Assembly (NCBI GenBank): GCA_964016885.1 | Contig: OZ024762.1 | Coordinates: 16,244,001-16,308,000, forward strand | Reading direction: 5' to 3' | Origin: Eledone cirrhosa | Taxonomy: Eukaryota | Length of the DNA: 64,000 bases | In this document: one piece after another, positions 42,285-54,008 of the stretch | Numbering within the stretch: the first letter of the stretch is position 1 | Layout: every line of letters begins with the position of its first letter | Notes under the pieces: model-generated | Told to the model about the DNA's origin: nothing | The model's database searches: none | What the model saw: only the letters and a program-made list of their open reading frames with translations | Made by a program: the position numbers and the translations under genes

Positions 42285-42317
<33 letters not shown>

Positions 42318-42367
42318 GCATTGGAAGTGTGGAATGTATAAAAAGAAGAAAAGTCGAATGAAGGTAC

Positions 42368-42499
42368 TTGTTTGAAGTCCTGTTTCTTGTTATCCAGTGG
42401 AACTACTGAGGCATCTTGACAAGCGAGGACATCTCGAAGTAATTGGAGGGATTCTTTTAAGGAGGACGTAGGGCCAAGATCTGGTGGTGGTAGTTCTAC
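42368..42499 (-). CDS. COG6: COG6 exon 14 ([44 protein letters not shown])
   Basis: cag/gtacct boundaries, homology. Confidence 0.96.
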
Positions 42500-42519
42500 C
42501 TGAAATATATAGATGGTTA

Positions 42520-43510
42520 GATTAGTGGTGGTGGTGGTGGTGGTGGTGTTGTGTAGGTGGTGGTGGTGGTAGTGTTGTGTAGGTGGTGGTGGTGGTGTGG
42601 GGTGGTGGTGGTGGTGGTGGTGTTGTGTTGGTAGTGGTGGTGTTGAGGTGGTAGTTGTGGTGGTGTGGTGGTAGTGGTCTTGAGGTGGTAGTGGTGGTGG
42701 TGTGGTAGTGGTGGTAGTGTTGTGTTGGTATTGGTGGTGGTGTAGTGGTAGTGTGGTGGTGGTGGTGGTATGGTGGTAGTGTGGTGGTGGTATGGTGGTA
42801 GTGTGGTGGTGATAGTGGTGGTGTTGAGGTGGTAGTTCTACCTGAAATATTTACATAGATGGTTAGAGTAGTGGTGGTAGTAGTATAGTGGAGGTGGTAG
42901 TTCTACCTAAAATATATAGATGGTTAGATTAGTGATGGTGGTGTTGCGGTTGTGGTGGTAGTGGTGTTATTGAGGTGGTAGTTATGTGGTAGTGTTGTAG
43001 TGGTGTTGGTAGTGGTGCTGGCTCTACCTGAAACATTATACAGGTGGTTATAGTAGTTGGTAGTGGTTGCTGTGGTGGTGTTATAGTGATGGTGGTGGTG
43101 GTGGTGGTAGTGGTGTTATAGTGATGGTGGTGGTGGTGGTGTTATGGTGGTGGTGGTGGTGTTATAGTGATGGTGGTGGTAGTGGTGTTATGGTGATGGT
43201 GGTGGTGGTGGTGGTGGTGGTGTTATAGTGATGGTGGTGTTATGGTGGTGGTGGTGATGGTGGTAGTGTTATAGTGGTGATGGTGGTGGTGGTGGTGGTG
43301 TTATAGTGATGGTGGTGTTATAGTGGTGATGGTGGTGGTGGTGTTATAGTGATGGTGGTGGTGGTGTTATAGTGGTGGTGGTGTTATAGTGATGATGGTG
43401 GTGTTAGTGGTGATGGTGGTATAGTGGTGGTGATGGTGGTAGTGTTATAGTGGTGATGGTGGTAGTGTTATTGTATTGGAGGATGATGTTGTGGTGGCAG
43501 TAGTATGGTT
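42520..43510. repeat. (GGT)n-rich degenerate tract containing duplicated splice acceptors
   Basis: Seen directly. Confidence 0.92.
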
Positions 43511-43604
43511 ATGTCAGCATGTGATGATATTAAATAACAACTGAGTGTGACAACAACAACAACAACAACAACAACAACTCCCTCCTTCCTCGACAGTAAG
43601 TTAC

Positions 43605-43719
43605 CTTGTCCAGAAGTTTACTGGCGTGACAGTTTAAACTGTTAAAGAAGATCTGGTGACTAAGAACTGCCATTTCTTCGACAGTTATAGTCAATGAAGC
43701 TGAATCTCCAAGAATATGC
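43605..43719 (-). CDS. COG6: COG6 exon 13 (HILGDSASLTITVEEM...SKLLDK)
   Basis: cag/gtaact boundaries, homology. Confidence 0.96.
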
Positions 43720-43756
43720 CTGAAAAAGAAGAAAAATATCACACAAGAAAACATTA

Positions 43757-44400
43757 TTAGTGGATTGGCAGTATCGGTGGAGGGTCGGACGCCATGCTTT
43801 GACGCATAGAGTTACGGCCCTTGCCATTCTGAGTTCAAATCCAACCAAGGTTAACTTTGCCTTTCATCCTTACGGGGTTGATAAAATAAAGTACCAGTAA
43901 TGTACTGGGTAATTTCTGGCCTTGTGCCAATAGTAGAAACAATTATTATTTACCATAACCCATGCTAGCGTGGAAGATGGACGTTAAACGATGATGATGA
44001 TGATGATGGTGGTGGTGGATTGGCAGTATCAGTAGAGGGTCGGACGCCATGCTTTCCAGCAAAGAGTTACGGCCCTTGCCATTCTGAGTTCAAATCCCGC
44101 CGAGGTTAACTTTGCCTTTCATCCTTACGGGGGTCGATAAAATAAAGTACCAGTAATACACTGGGATAATAGCTGGCCTTGTGCCAAAAGTAGAAACAAT
44201 TATTTACCATAACCCATGCTAGCGTGGAAGATGGATGTTAAACGATGATGATGATGATGATGGTGGTGGATTGGCAGTATCGGTAGAGTTACGGCCCTCT
44301 ATGGTCTGAGTTCAAATCCCGGGGTCGATAAAATAAAGTACCAGTAATGCACTGGGGCAATTGCTGGCCTTATGCCAAAAGTAGAAACAATTATTATTTA
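43757..44400 (+). mobile_element. Tandem triplication of a SINE plus LINE-tail unit (~250 bp)
   Basis: gtggattggcagtatc...gtagaaacaattat...catgctagcgtggaagatgga(c/t)gttaaacgatgatg repeated. Confidence 0.85.
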
Positions 44401-44691
44401 CCATATATGGTCATGTGTAAGATGACCAATAAATGACAAAACAATAAATTGATAATAATGGAGTGTTGGCTAAAATGTTCTGTTTCTCCTCCTCCTCCTC
44501 CCACTTATTCTTGAGAGGGTTGTGAGGGGGTAGAGCCCTCAAACACTCCTTCTAACGAGTCCTGTCAGAAGCAACCATTTCCAATTGATCCAGCTGGATC
44601 TTCAAGCGAGACCAACCAAGCTTATGGATGTTAATCAACCATCTTGCTCGGAGTGTACACCTGGGTCTCCAGCCAAGGATCCTATCCTTAA

Positions 44692-45916
44692 CCCTTTAGC
44701 ATTTACATTACCCTATATATACTATTGTATTTTCACTGTAAAGGCTTTACTTCACATAACATTTACATTACCCTATATATACTATTGTATTTTCACAGTA
44801 AAGGCTTTACCTCACATAACATTTACATTACCCTATATATACTATTGTATTTTCACTGTAAAGGCTTTACTTCACATAATATCTCACATAACATTTACAT
44901 TACTCTCTATATACTATTGTATTTTCACAATAAAGGCTTTACCTCACATAATATCTCACATAACATTTACATTACCCTATATATACTATTGTATTTTCAC
45001 TGTAAAGGCTTTACTTCACATAATATCTCACATAACATTTACATTACTCTCTATATACTATTGTATTTTCACAATAAAGGCTTTACCTCACATAATATCT
45101 CACATAACATTTACATTACTCTATATATACTATTGTATTTTCACAGTAAAGGCTTTACCTCACATAATATCTCACATAACATTTACATTACTCTCTATAT
45201 ACTATTGTATTTTCACAATAAAGGCTTTACCTCACATACTATCTCACATAACATTTACATTACTCTATATATACTATTGTATTTTCACAGTAAAGGCTTT
45301 ACCTCACATAATATCTCACATAACATTTACATTACTCTATATATACTATTGTATTTTCACAGTAAAGGCTTTACCTCACATAACATTTACATTACTCTAT
45401 ATATACTATTGTATTTTCACAGTAAAGGCTTTACCTCACATAACATTTACATTACTCTATATATACTATTGTATTTTCATGGTAAAGGCTTTACCTCACA
45501 TAACATTTACATTACTCTATATATACTATTGTATTTTCATGGTAAAGGCTTTACCTCGCATAATATCTCATAACATTTACATTACTCTATATATACTATT
45601 GTATTTTCACAGTAAAGGCTTTACCTCACATAACATTTACATTACTCTATATATACTATTGTATTTTCATGGTAAAGGCTTTACCTCACATAATATCTCA
45701 TAACATTTACATTACTCTATATATACTATTGTATTTTCATGGTAAAGGCTTTACCTCACATAATTATCTCTCATAATATCAAATCTATGAGATTTTGATA
45801 TTCTTTATTTTGAGAACAATACCTTAACATCAGTATGAGTGGCTGGTTACACCTGGTTTTAACAGAAAGAGGTGAGAGAATGCTGGCTGGATACGGCCAG
45901 TTTAAATGCTAAAGGG
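44692..45916 (+). mobile_element. piggyBac-like MITE carrying an internal 60/72-bp tandem array
   Basis: TTAA-CCCTTTAGCATTT ... AAATGCTAAAGGG-TTAA; array ~44700-45775. Confidence 0.85.
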
Positions 45917-46017
45917 TTAAAATGGTCTTCTTTATAGATTTGAGGCCAGATTTGACTGGGCTGGTATGAAAGGGTTAGAAAAATAAATAAATTAAAAATA
46001 CAAAAATCAATACTGAC

Positions 46018-46109
46018 CTTACAGTGTTGTGATAAAACTTCAACAAGTTATTTAGTTTATTTAACACAACAGCATCTTGTTCAGCTGCTAATACTTGGTC
46101 AACACGTAC
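46018..46109 (-). CDS. COG6: COG6 exon 12 (VRVDQVLAAEQDAVVLNKLNNLLKFYHNTV)
   Basis: cag/gtcagt boundaries, homology. Confidence 0.96.
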
Positions 46110-46341
46110 CTGAGGTGAAAGATAACAGGTAGATAATGAAGGAGATTTTATATATATATCAAGAACAATCGACTTTCCAATCTATTGTAAAACTCATTCT
46201 TTGATGTATTCATTGAACCTTGTTTAACTCTTAAATATATATATATATATATATATAAAAGGTAAACAGAAATAACAACACAATCGGTACAGTATATGGA
46301 AGGAATATATTAGTATAACGCTTGAAATAGCAGGAAGAGAG

Positions 46342-46377
46342 TCTTAACGTTTCGGATGGTAGTCCTTCATCAGAAGA
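46342..46377 (-). ncRNA. Minimal type I hammerhead ribozyme (family E) in a (TA)n-flanked insert ~46257-46570
   Basis: TCTT-CTGATGA-A-GGA-CTACCA-TCC-GAAACGTT^AAGA. Confidence 0.75.
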
Positions 46378-46625
46378 AAGAATGAGAAATTAGAAAGATT
46401 GAAGGGACGGGCGGGGCGGAATTGGCGTTTCAGAATGTAATGGAGCTGGCGGAGAAAAGAATTGAGATTGGGTATGGTGAAGGTACTGGGGTGAGAGAGA
46501 AATAGACAGGTGAAAAGAAGGTGGAAGTAAGAAGAGTATAATGGAGGAAAAGTGATAGAGCAGCGGGATACATATATATATATACACAATATATATATAT
46601 ATATATATAGGCACATGGCTTGAAT

Positions 46626-46935
46626 GGAGGCACATGGCTTAGTGGTTAGAGCATTGGCCTTCAGACCGGGTGATGTGTTGTTTCCTTGAGCAAGACACTT
46701 TATTTCACATTGCTCCAGTTTACTCAGCTGTAGAAATGAGATGACAGGGACTGGGGTCCCTATCATTCCATTGTAAAGTGGACGTGGAGGCGCCACGGCA
46801 AAAAAGCACCCAGCACTCACTGTAAATGAGGTTGGTGTTAGGAAGGGCATCCAGCTGTAGAAATCAAGCCAGAATCAGTGACCATCCCACCCTTGCAAGC
46901 AGGGAAAAGCGGACGTAAAATGATGATGATGATGA
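46626..46935 (+). mobile_element. tRNA-derived SINE with RTE-derived tail
   Basis: Copy of 20757-21095 with a deletion in the head. Confidence 0.88.
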
Positions 46936-46953
46936 TATATATATAAATATATT

Positions 46954-47054
46954 TAGGAAAAGAGTCAGGACCCCGACGGCTGAGCTCTGACCGTTTCGAC
47001 AGCTAGGTCTGAAACGGCTGGAGCTCAGCCGTCGGGGTCCAGACTCTTTTCCTA
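46954..47054. repeat. Fold-back palindrome (family D) containing the 3' half of a hammerhead
   Basis: ~44-bp arms; GAAA-CGGCTGGAGCTCAGCCG-TC; related copy at 59446-59549. Confidence 0.8.
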
Positions 47055-47260
47055 TTACCCACTCTACTACCCTAAGTATTGAGTACTCTTGTGTGTTATA
47101 GTCCATCTGTTATCTTACCACACCCTCATTGTTATATATACACATATATATATATATCACGATAAATTAACGGAGCCATAGACTCTCGTTATTCCCTGTC
47201 AATAATGTGCTCAAAGGAAAAGGAATGCTGAGCTCTTTAAAATACAATATTGTATAACAT

Positions 47261-47325
<65 letters not shown>

Positions 47326-47402
47326 ATAAATATGAAGACTAAAATCCAAAGAGGGCTCGATAAGGATAAATATATATCAAATATATAAGAACCGTAGAGC
47401 AA

Positions 47403-47553
47403 ATATTTATTAAAATAACAGATTAAAGTTTATGCAAAGAATCGCTGCTTTCACCCTTAACGGGATCTATTTTATCTGAGTTTCAGAAGATCCCGTGAAG
47501 GGTGAAAGCAGCGATTCTTTGCTTAAACTTTAATCTGTTATTTTAATAAATAT
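47403..47553. repeat. Fold-back palindrome (family B), 66-bp arms
   Basis: 47403-47468 pairs with 47488-47553. Confidence 0.9.
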
Positions 47554-47568
47554 ATATATATATATATA

Positions 47569-47920
47569 TTAACTTCAACAGTACGTCCTCATCAGATAAA
47601 ATAAGATGATGCATGACATACCCTGACTAAGTAGGTGGTTAAGATTCAGTCATGACTACCATGACTGAATCTTAACCATCTACTATGTCAGAGTATGTCA
47701 TGCATCATCTTATTTTATCTGATGAGGACGTACTGTTGAAGTTAACTCAGTACCTCTGAAATATGTATAATAAAATATACTTGATCACAAGAATATCTAT
47801 TTTGTTAATATTTTGAATTAATATTAATAACTCTGGAAAACCATATCTGTTGAGCAATTCCAATCTATTGTAAAACTCATTCTTTGATTTATTCATTGAA
47901 CCTTGTTTAACCTTTAAATA
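47569..47920 (+). mobile_element. Fold-back element (family A): arms 47569-47654 / 47660-47745 plus a tail ending in (TA)n
   Basis: Inverted repeat with loop ACTAC; same family as 54445-54880 and fragment 46175-46235. Confidence 0.85.
47711..47777 (+). ncRNA. Type I hammerhead ribozyme (family A)
   Basis: TATTTTAT-CTGATGA-GGACGTACTG..CAGTACCTCT-GAAA-TATGTA-TA^ATAAAATA. Confidence 0.8.
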
Positions 47921-48002
47921 TATATATATATATATAAAGAGAGAGAGAGAAAGATCTAACATCATAGGAAAAGTAAAGAAATATAAGGGAGAGAATATTT
48001 AC

Positions 48003-48067
48003 CTTAAATGGACGACAGACACCTTCGGTAATATGTCCCAGAATTTTCTGGATTAATTCTGAGTCAG
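48003..48067 (-). CDS. COG6: COG6 exon 11 (DSELIQKILGHITEGVCRPFK)
   Basis: tag/gtaaat boundaries, homology. Confidence 0.96.
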
Positions 48068-48853
48068 CTAAAATGGGAGGAAAAAAAAATCATGTATAAT
48101 TATATAGCCAATATTGGATGTACGTATAGATGTACATATATATTTAGGTGCGTGTACTACTACTACTACTACTACTATCACTATTACTACTACTACTACT
48201 ACTATTATTACTACTACTACTACTTGAGTTCAAATCCCGCCGAGGTTGACTTTGCCTTTCATCCTTACGGGGTCGATAAAAATAAAGTACCAGTAATGCG
48301 CTGGGTAATTGCTGGCCTTGTGCTTAAAGTAGAAACAATTATTACTACTACTACTACTATCACTACTACTACTACTAGTACAACCACTACTACTACTACT
48401 ACTACTACTACCACAACCACTACTACTACCACAACCACTACTACTACTACTATTACTACTACTATGTTGTCATCGTTTAACGTCCATCTTCCACGCTAGC
48501 ATAGGTTTAGACGGGAATTGTCCCGCTTGAGACAAGGTTGGTCGGGTGACCATGTCTCGCTCGTATAGGACTGTCTGGCAGGTTTTCTACGGCTGGATGC
48601 CCTTCCTAACACCAACCACCTTTACAGCGTGGACTGGGAGCCTTTTTACCGTGTTACCTACACGGCCACATTACAGCATGGACTGGGAGGTTTTTACCGT
48701 GTTACCTACACGGCCACATTACAGCGTGGACTGGGAGCCTTTTTACCGTGTTACCTACACGGCTACATTATTATTGTCTGTAATCCAGAAACCTTTGGTA
48801 ATGGAGTAGTTATATTTTGTGTTCACTTTCTAATGTATATATATAAGACTTAC

Positions 48854-48991
48854 ATTTGCAAGATTTAATCAATGTTTGCAGATATTCCTTCTCAGACGCT
48901 GCAGCTTGGTGTAACCATGCCAACATATCTCCAACGTAACGCAGAGGATCATGGGAGTGTAATTCTATAGGGCGGGGGGTGCCACCAGGAC
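48854..48991 (-). CDS. COG6: COG6 exon 10 ([45 protein letters not shown])
   Basis: cag/gtaagt boundaries, strong homology. Confidence 0.97.
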
Positions 48992-49079
48992 CTGAATGGG
49001 GAGAGAAACATAAAAAAAAAAGTCAGTTGAGCACACATTGCATTTTCGCATGGGTTCTACAGATGGGTACACTTCCTAA

Positions 49080-49515
49080 TGCCAACAACTTTACAGAGTG
49101 TACTGGGTGTATTTTATCATGACACCAACACTACCACTTTACAGAGTGAACTGGGTGTATTTTATCATGACACCAACACTACCAATTTATAGAGTGTACT
49201 GGGTGTATTTTATCATGACACCAACACTACCACTTTACAGAGTGTACTAGGTGTATTTTATCATGACACCAACACTACCACTTTACAGAGTGTTCTGGGT
49301 GTATTATATCATGACACCAACACACTTTACAGAGTGAACTGGGTGTATTTTATCATGACACCAACACTACCAATTTACAGAGTGTACTGGGTGTATTATA
49401 TCATGACACCAACACTACCACTTTACAGAGTGAACTGGGTGTATTTTATCATGACACCAACACTACCAATTTACAGAGTGGTGTACTGGGTGTATTTCAT
49501 TGTAGCACCAACACA
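49080..49515. repeat. 46-bp minisatellite (~9 copies) derived from a SINE segment
   Basis: Unit ccactttacagagtgtactgggtgtattttatcatgacaccaacacta; compare SINE 24940-25010. Confidence 0.9.
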
Positions 49516-49877
49516 ATTCTATCTGGTGCTGTGATGATTCCGTCAATTCGCCACCTTTGTTTCATAGAACCAGGGGCAGTTTTCATATCAAAAGGATCCA
49601 AAATTGACGGGATGGTCATGGTTTGAATGTCTTTGATAACAATATCGTAGCACCAACACTGCCACTTGACAAAGGTCCTCTGGGGGAGAGACTTCACCAC
49701 TGAAATGTGGGGAAGACAACAAAATAAAACATCATCATTATCACCGTTTTACGTCCATTCTTCCACGCTAGCATGGATTAGACGGGTTGTCCTGTTGTGG
49801 GCAGTGTCCGGTCGGCTGACCTTATCTTGCTCATACGGGAACAATATATAATAAATTTAAAAGAAAAACTAACTAAC

Positions 49878-49954
49878 CTCCTCGGGTCAACGCATCTATC
49901 AGTCCTCGGACAATAGCTGTACGTCGAGCTGTGCCATATTCATCGAGGGAGTAA
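49878..49954 (-). CDS. COG6: COG6 exon 9 ([25 protein letters not shown])
   Basis: cag/gttagt boundaries, homology. Confidence 0.96.
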
Positions 49955-49999
49955 CTGTAAAGTAAACATAGTGTCATATGTAACAACAGGGTTACTGGA

Positions 50000-50585
50000 G
50001 AGAGGGGTGGGGGTTATAGGGTGAGAGAGAATGAGAGTGAGAGAGAGGGTGAGAGAGAGAGTGAAAGAGAGGGTGAGTTAGTGAGTGAGAGTGAGAGAGA
50101 GGAGGGGTGAGAGAGGATGAGTGGGGTGAGAGGGAGAGAAAGAGGGGGTGAGAGTGAGAGAGAGCAAGAGAGGGTGAGAGAGAGAGTGAAAGAGAGGGGC
50201 ATGAGAGAGGGTGAGTGTGAAAGAGAGGGGCATGAGAGAGGGTGAGTGAGAGAGAGGCGGTGAGATAGGGTGAGAGTGAGAGAGAGAGGAGGGGTGAGAG
50301 AGGATGAGTGGGGTGAGGGGGAGAGAAAGAGGGGGTGAGAGTGAGAGAGAACGAGAGAGAGAGTGAAAGAGAGGGGCATGAGAGAGGGTGAGTGAGAGAG
50401 AGGCGGTGAGATAGGGTGAGTTAGAGAGTGAGAGTGAGAGAGAGGAGGGGTGAGAGAGGATGAGTGGGGTGAGGGGGAGAGAAAGAGGGGGTGAGAGGGT
50501 GAGAGAGAAAGAGTATAACAATGTTACATGTAACAATAACTGGAGAGAGGGAAGAGAGAGAGTGAGGGATAGAGAGAGAGAGTAT
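50000..50585. repeat. GA-rich low-complexity tract with internal duplications
   Basis: Seen directly. Confidence 0.9.
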
Positions 50586-50614
50586 AACAATGCTACATGA
50601 CAGTATGTCCTTAC

Positions 50615-50708
50615 TTCAGCAACAATGGTCGGTCCTGGAGAGCTTCCATGGCAGAACAAAGAAGGGGGAAGATATCAGGAGAATCTCCAGTGAGGGAGCG
50701 GCATTCAT
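50615..50708 (-). CDS. COG6: COG6 exon 8 (ECRSLTGDSPDIFPLLCSAMEALQDRPLLL)
   Basis: cag/gtaagg boundaries, homology. Confidence 0.96.
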
Positions 50709-50786
50709 CTGGAAAAGGAACAAGTCACTGAATTATATTGACACACGCACACACACACAGATATCATCATCATCATCATCATCATC

Positions 50787-52112
50787 TGGGCATGCCAACA
50801 AAGTCAGAAAACAGCACAGCTCCCATGACTTTTGGAAACATTTTTTCACGCTCAGAGTTGCTGAAGCATGGAACAAACTACCTGCATCAGTTGTTAGCTG
50901 TCGAGACACTGCATCCTTTAAAACCTCCATGGAACAAACTACCTGCATCAGTTGTTAGCTGTCGTGACACTGCATCCTTTAAAACCTCCATGGAACAAAC
51001 TACCTGCATCAGTTATTAGCTGTCGAGACACTGCATCCTTTAAAACTTCCATGGAACAAACTACCTGCATCAGTTGTTAGCTGTCGAGACACTGCATCCT
51101 TTAAAACCTCCATGGAACAAACTACTTGCATCAGTTGTTAGCTGTCGAGACACTGCATCCTTTAAAACCTCCATGTAACAAACTACCTGCATCAGTTGTT
51201 AGTTGTCGAGACACTGCATCCTTTAAAACCTCCATGTAACAAACTACTTGCATCAGTTGTTAGCTGTCGAGACACTGCATCCTTTAAAACCTCCATGGAA
51301 CAAACTACTTGCATCAGTTGTTAGCTGTCGAGACACTGCATCCTTTAAAACCTCCATGGAACAAACTACTTGCATCAGTTGTTAGCTGTCGAGACACTGC
51401 ATCCTTTAAAACCTCCATGTAACAAACTACCTGCATCAGTTGTTAGTTGTCGAGACACTGCATCCTTTAAAACCTCCATGTAACAAACTACCTGCATCAG
51501 TTGTTAGTTGTCGAGACACTGCATCCTTTAAAACCTCCATGTAACAAACTACTTGCATCAGTTGTTAGCTTTCGAGACACTGCATCCTTTAAAACCTCCA
51601 TGGAACAAACTACCTGCATCAGTTATTAGCTGTCGAGACACTGCATCCTTTAAAACCTCCATGGAACAAACTACTTGCATCAGTTGTTAGCTGTCGAGAC
51701 ACTGCATCCTTTAAAACCTCCATGTAACAAACTACCTGCATCAGTTGTTAGTTGTCGAGACACTGCATCCTTTAAAACCTCCATGTAACAAACTACCTGC
51801 ATCAGTTGTTAGTTGTCGAGACACTGCATCCTTTAAAACCTCCATGTAACAAACTACTTGCATCAGTTGTTAGCTGTCGAGACACTGCATCCTTTAAAAC
51901 CTCCATGTAACAAACTACTTGCATCAGTTGTTAGCTGTCGAGACACTGCATCCTTTAAAACCTCCATGGGACAAACTACCTGCATCAGTTGTTAGCTGTT
52001 GAGATACTACATCCTTTAAAACCTCCATGGAACAAACTACATGCATCAGTTGTTAGCTGTCGAGACACTGCATCCTTTAAAACCTCCATGCTTCCTGAGA
52101 TTCGCCAACACT
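50787..52112 (+). repeat. CR1/L2-type LINE 3' fragment with a 59-bp segment expanded to ~21 tandem copies (50867-52090)
   Basis: KHFFTLRVAEAWNKLPASVVSCRDTASFKTSM; unit bounded by CATG. Confidence 0.88.
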
Positions 52113-52452
52113 TGTGGTTGTGTAGGTGACACAATAAAAAGCACCCAGTCCACAAATAGTTTTATACAACAACACCAACAAGAGCAGCAGCAACAACAGC
52201 ACCACCACCACCACTACAACAGCCCCACAACAACACCACCACCACCATCACCACTACAACACCACCACCACCATCACCACTACAACACCACCACCACCAC
52301 CACCACTACAACACCACCACCACCACAACACCACCATACCACCACTACTACAACACCACCACCACCACCACCACAACAGCACCACCACCACTACCACCAC
52401 TACACCACCACCATTACAACAACAACACCAACAAGAACTACAGTCAACTTAC

Positions 52453-52523
52453 TCTGTGTCCAACGGTAAAGTCTTTCATAAGCTGATTCTTGTTGTAGAG
52501 CCATAGATTCCATTATTTCCAGC
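52453..52523 (-). CDS. COG6: COG6 exon 7 (LEIMESMALQQESAYERLYRWTQ)
   Basis: cag/gtaagt boundaries, homology. Confidence 0.96.
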
Positions 52524-52845
52524 CTGGAGAACAATCAGAATTAATCATGTTATTCTTTATATGAAAACATTTCTATTTGGTTAAACATACAAAAAAAGAA
52601 AGTAGCATTAGTAAGGACTATAAATGCCATAAATGAGAGGAAAGAAAGGGGAAGGGTAAGGACTACTAGTCAAAGGGAGAGGATGACAGACTCTACACTT
52701 AGGTCGGAGTGGTGTTTCGATTGTGCCTTGCGGATTAAATGACAAAGACATTTCCGTGGACAGAAAAAGGTGAGAGAATTCTGGCTGGTTGTGGCCGGTT
52801 TAAATGCTAAAGGATTAAGGTAACATAATCCTGGTTATTTTTATT

Positions 52846-53108
52846 CAGAGAAGACTGCGATGGTATGGACATGTGATGCATATGGAGGATGACCGCTGGG
52901 TAAAGAAGTGCCAAGAAATCCCAGCAGAAGGAAGACACAGTAGAGGTAGACCACGAAAAACATGGGCGGAGGTGGTGAGAGCAGACGTCAGATTGCTGAA
53001 GCTCATGGAGGAGATGACGAAGGACCGTGATAATGGAGAGATGCTGTGCTGAATAGGACCCGTCCCACCCTTGCAAGCAGGGAAAAGCGGACGTAAAATG
53101 ATGATGAT
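52846..53108 (+). mobile_element. RTE LINE (family 1) complete 3' end
   Basis: RRLRWYGHV...RGRPRKTW then cccgtcccacccttgcaagcagggaaaagcggacgtaaaatgatgatg. Confidence 0.88.
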
Positions 53109-53267
53109 ATATATATATATATATCCAGTAAGGTTGCTATCCCTGTTACGAAGGGTACCCAGCCATAGAAAACCAAGCCAAACATGGAGTATATGAGCAT
53201 GATAATGGTGATGATGATGATGATTTATCCTGTAATCTGTTTTAACAAGAAACTGTGCTATATTTAC

Positions 53268-53350
53268 CCTGCTGTCTGTTGGTTGGTACGCAGGAGTACT
53301 TTGCAGTCGGTGTGGATCTGTTTCACCCGTGATAACACTTTGAAGAAATC
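53268..53350 (-). CDS. COG6: COG6 exon 6 ([27 protein letters not shown])
   Basis: cag/gtaaat boundaries, homology. Confidence 0.96.
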
Positions 53351-54008
53351 CTGAAATGGTAATTTGACATAGTTCATACAACAACAACACCAACAACCAT
53401 GACGGAATCTTGTATATACTAGCTTATAAGATGACCTTTTGACCTTAATTAAAACTTTTACTACCAACTTTGGTTTCATGCTACAAAACTGCAGTGTTAT
53501 TTGCAGAATCAGGAGAGCGTCGGACAAGATGCTTTGCAGCATATATATTTACAGTCCTTTACCTTCTGGGTTCAAATCCCGCCAAAGTTAGCTTTGCCTT
53601 TCATCCTTACGGGGACGATAAAATAAAATACCAGTAATGCACTGGGGTTGATTTAATCGACTTTCTCCTTCGCTGCAAAATTGCTAGCCCTGTGCCCATT
53701 GTAGAAACAATCAACATTTACATTACTCTATATATACTTGTGTGTTTTCATGGTAAAGAACCACTGGACAGATTTTACGGGTAAAACCAACTTGCAGGAG
53801 ACCCAGGGGTAGACCCCGAGCAAGATGGTTGGATAACATCCATGAGCTTGGCTGGTCTCGCTTGGGGATCCAACTGGATCAGTTAGAGACGGTTGCTTCT
53901 GAGAGGAACCGCTGGAAGGAGTGTTTGAGGACTCTGCCTCCTACGACCCTCTCAGGAATAGGTGGGCGAAGAAGATCATTGAAGAAAACCAAGAACAAAT
54001 GGTATTAC

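Larger units (their letters stand above)
38743..42292. mobile_element. 5'-truncated Penelope-like retroelement arranged as a 3.46-kb palindrome (38829-42292, axis 40560/40561) with an ~86-bp unpaired tail
   Basis: Mirror coordinates sum to 81121; GIY-YIG frame and hammerhead in each arm; both ends in (TA)n. Confidence 0.88.

Noticed and set aside
44585-45703. Repetitive protein ORFs from satellites (also 26664-27595, 33137-34156, 55262-56143)
   Set aside because: Translations of tandem DNA inside COG6 introns with no splice or homology support
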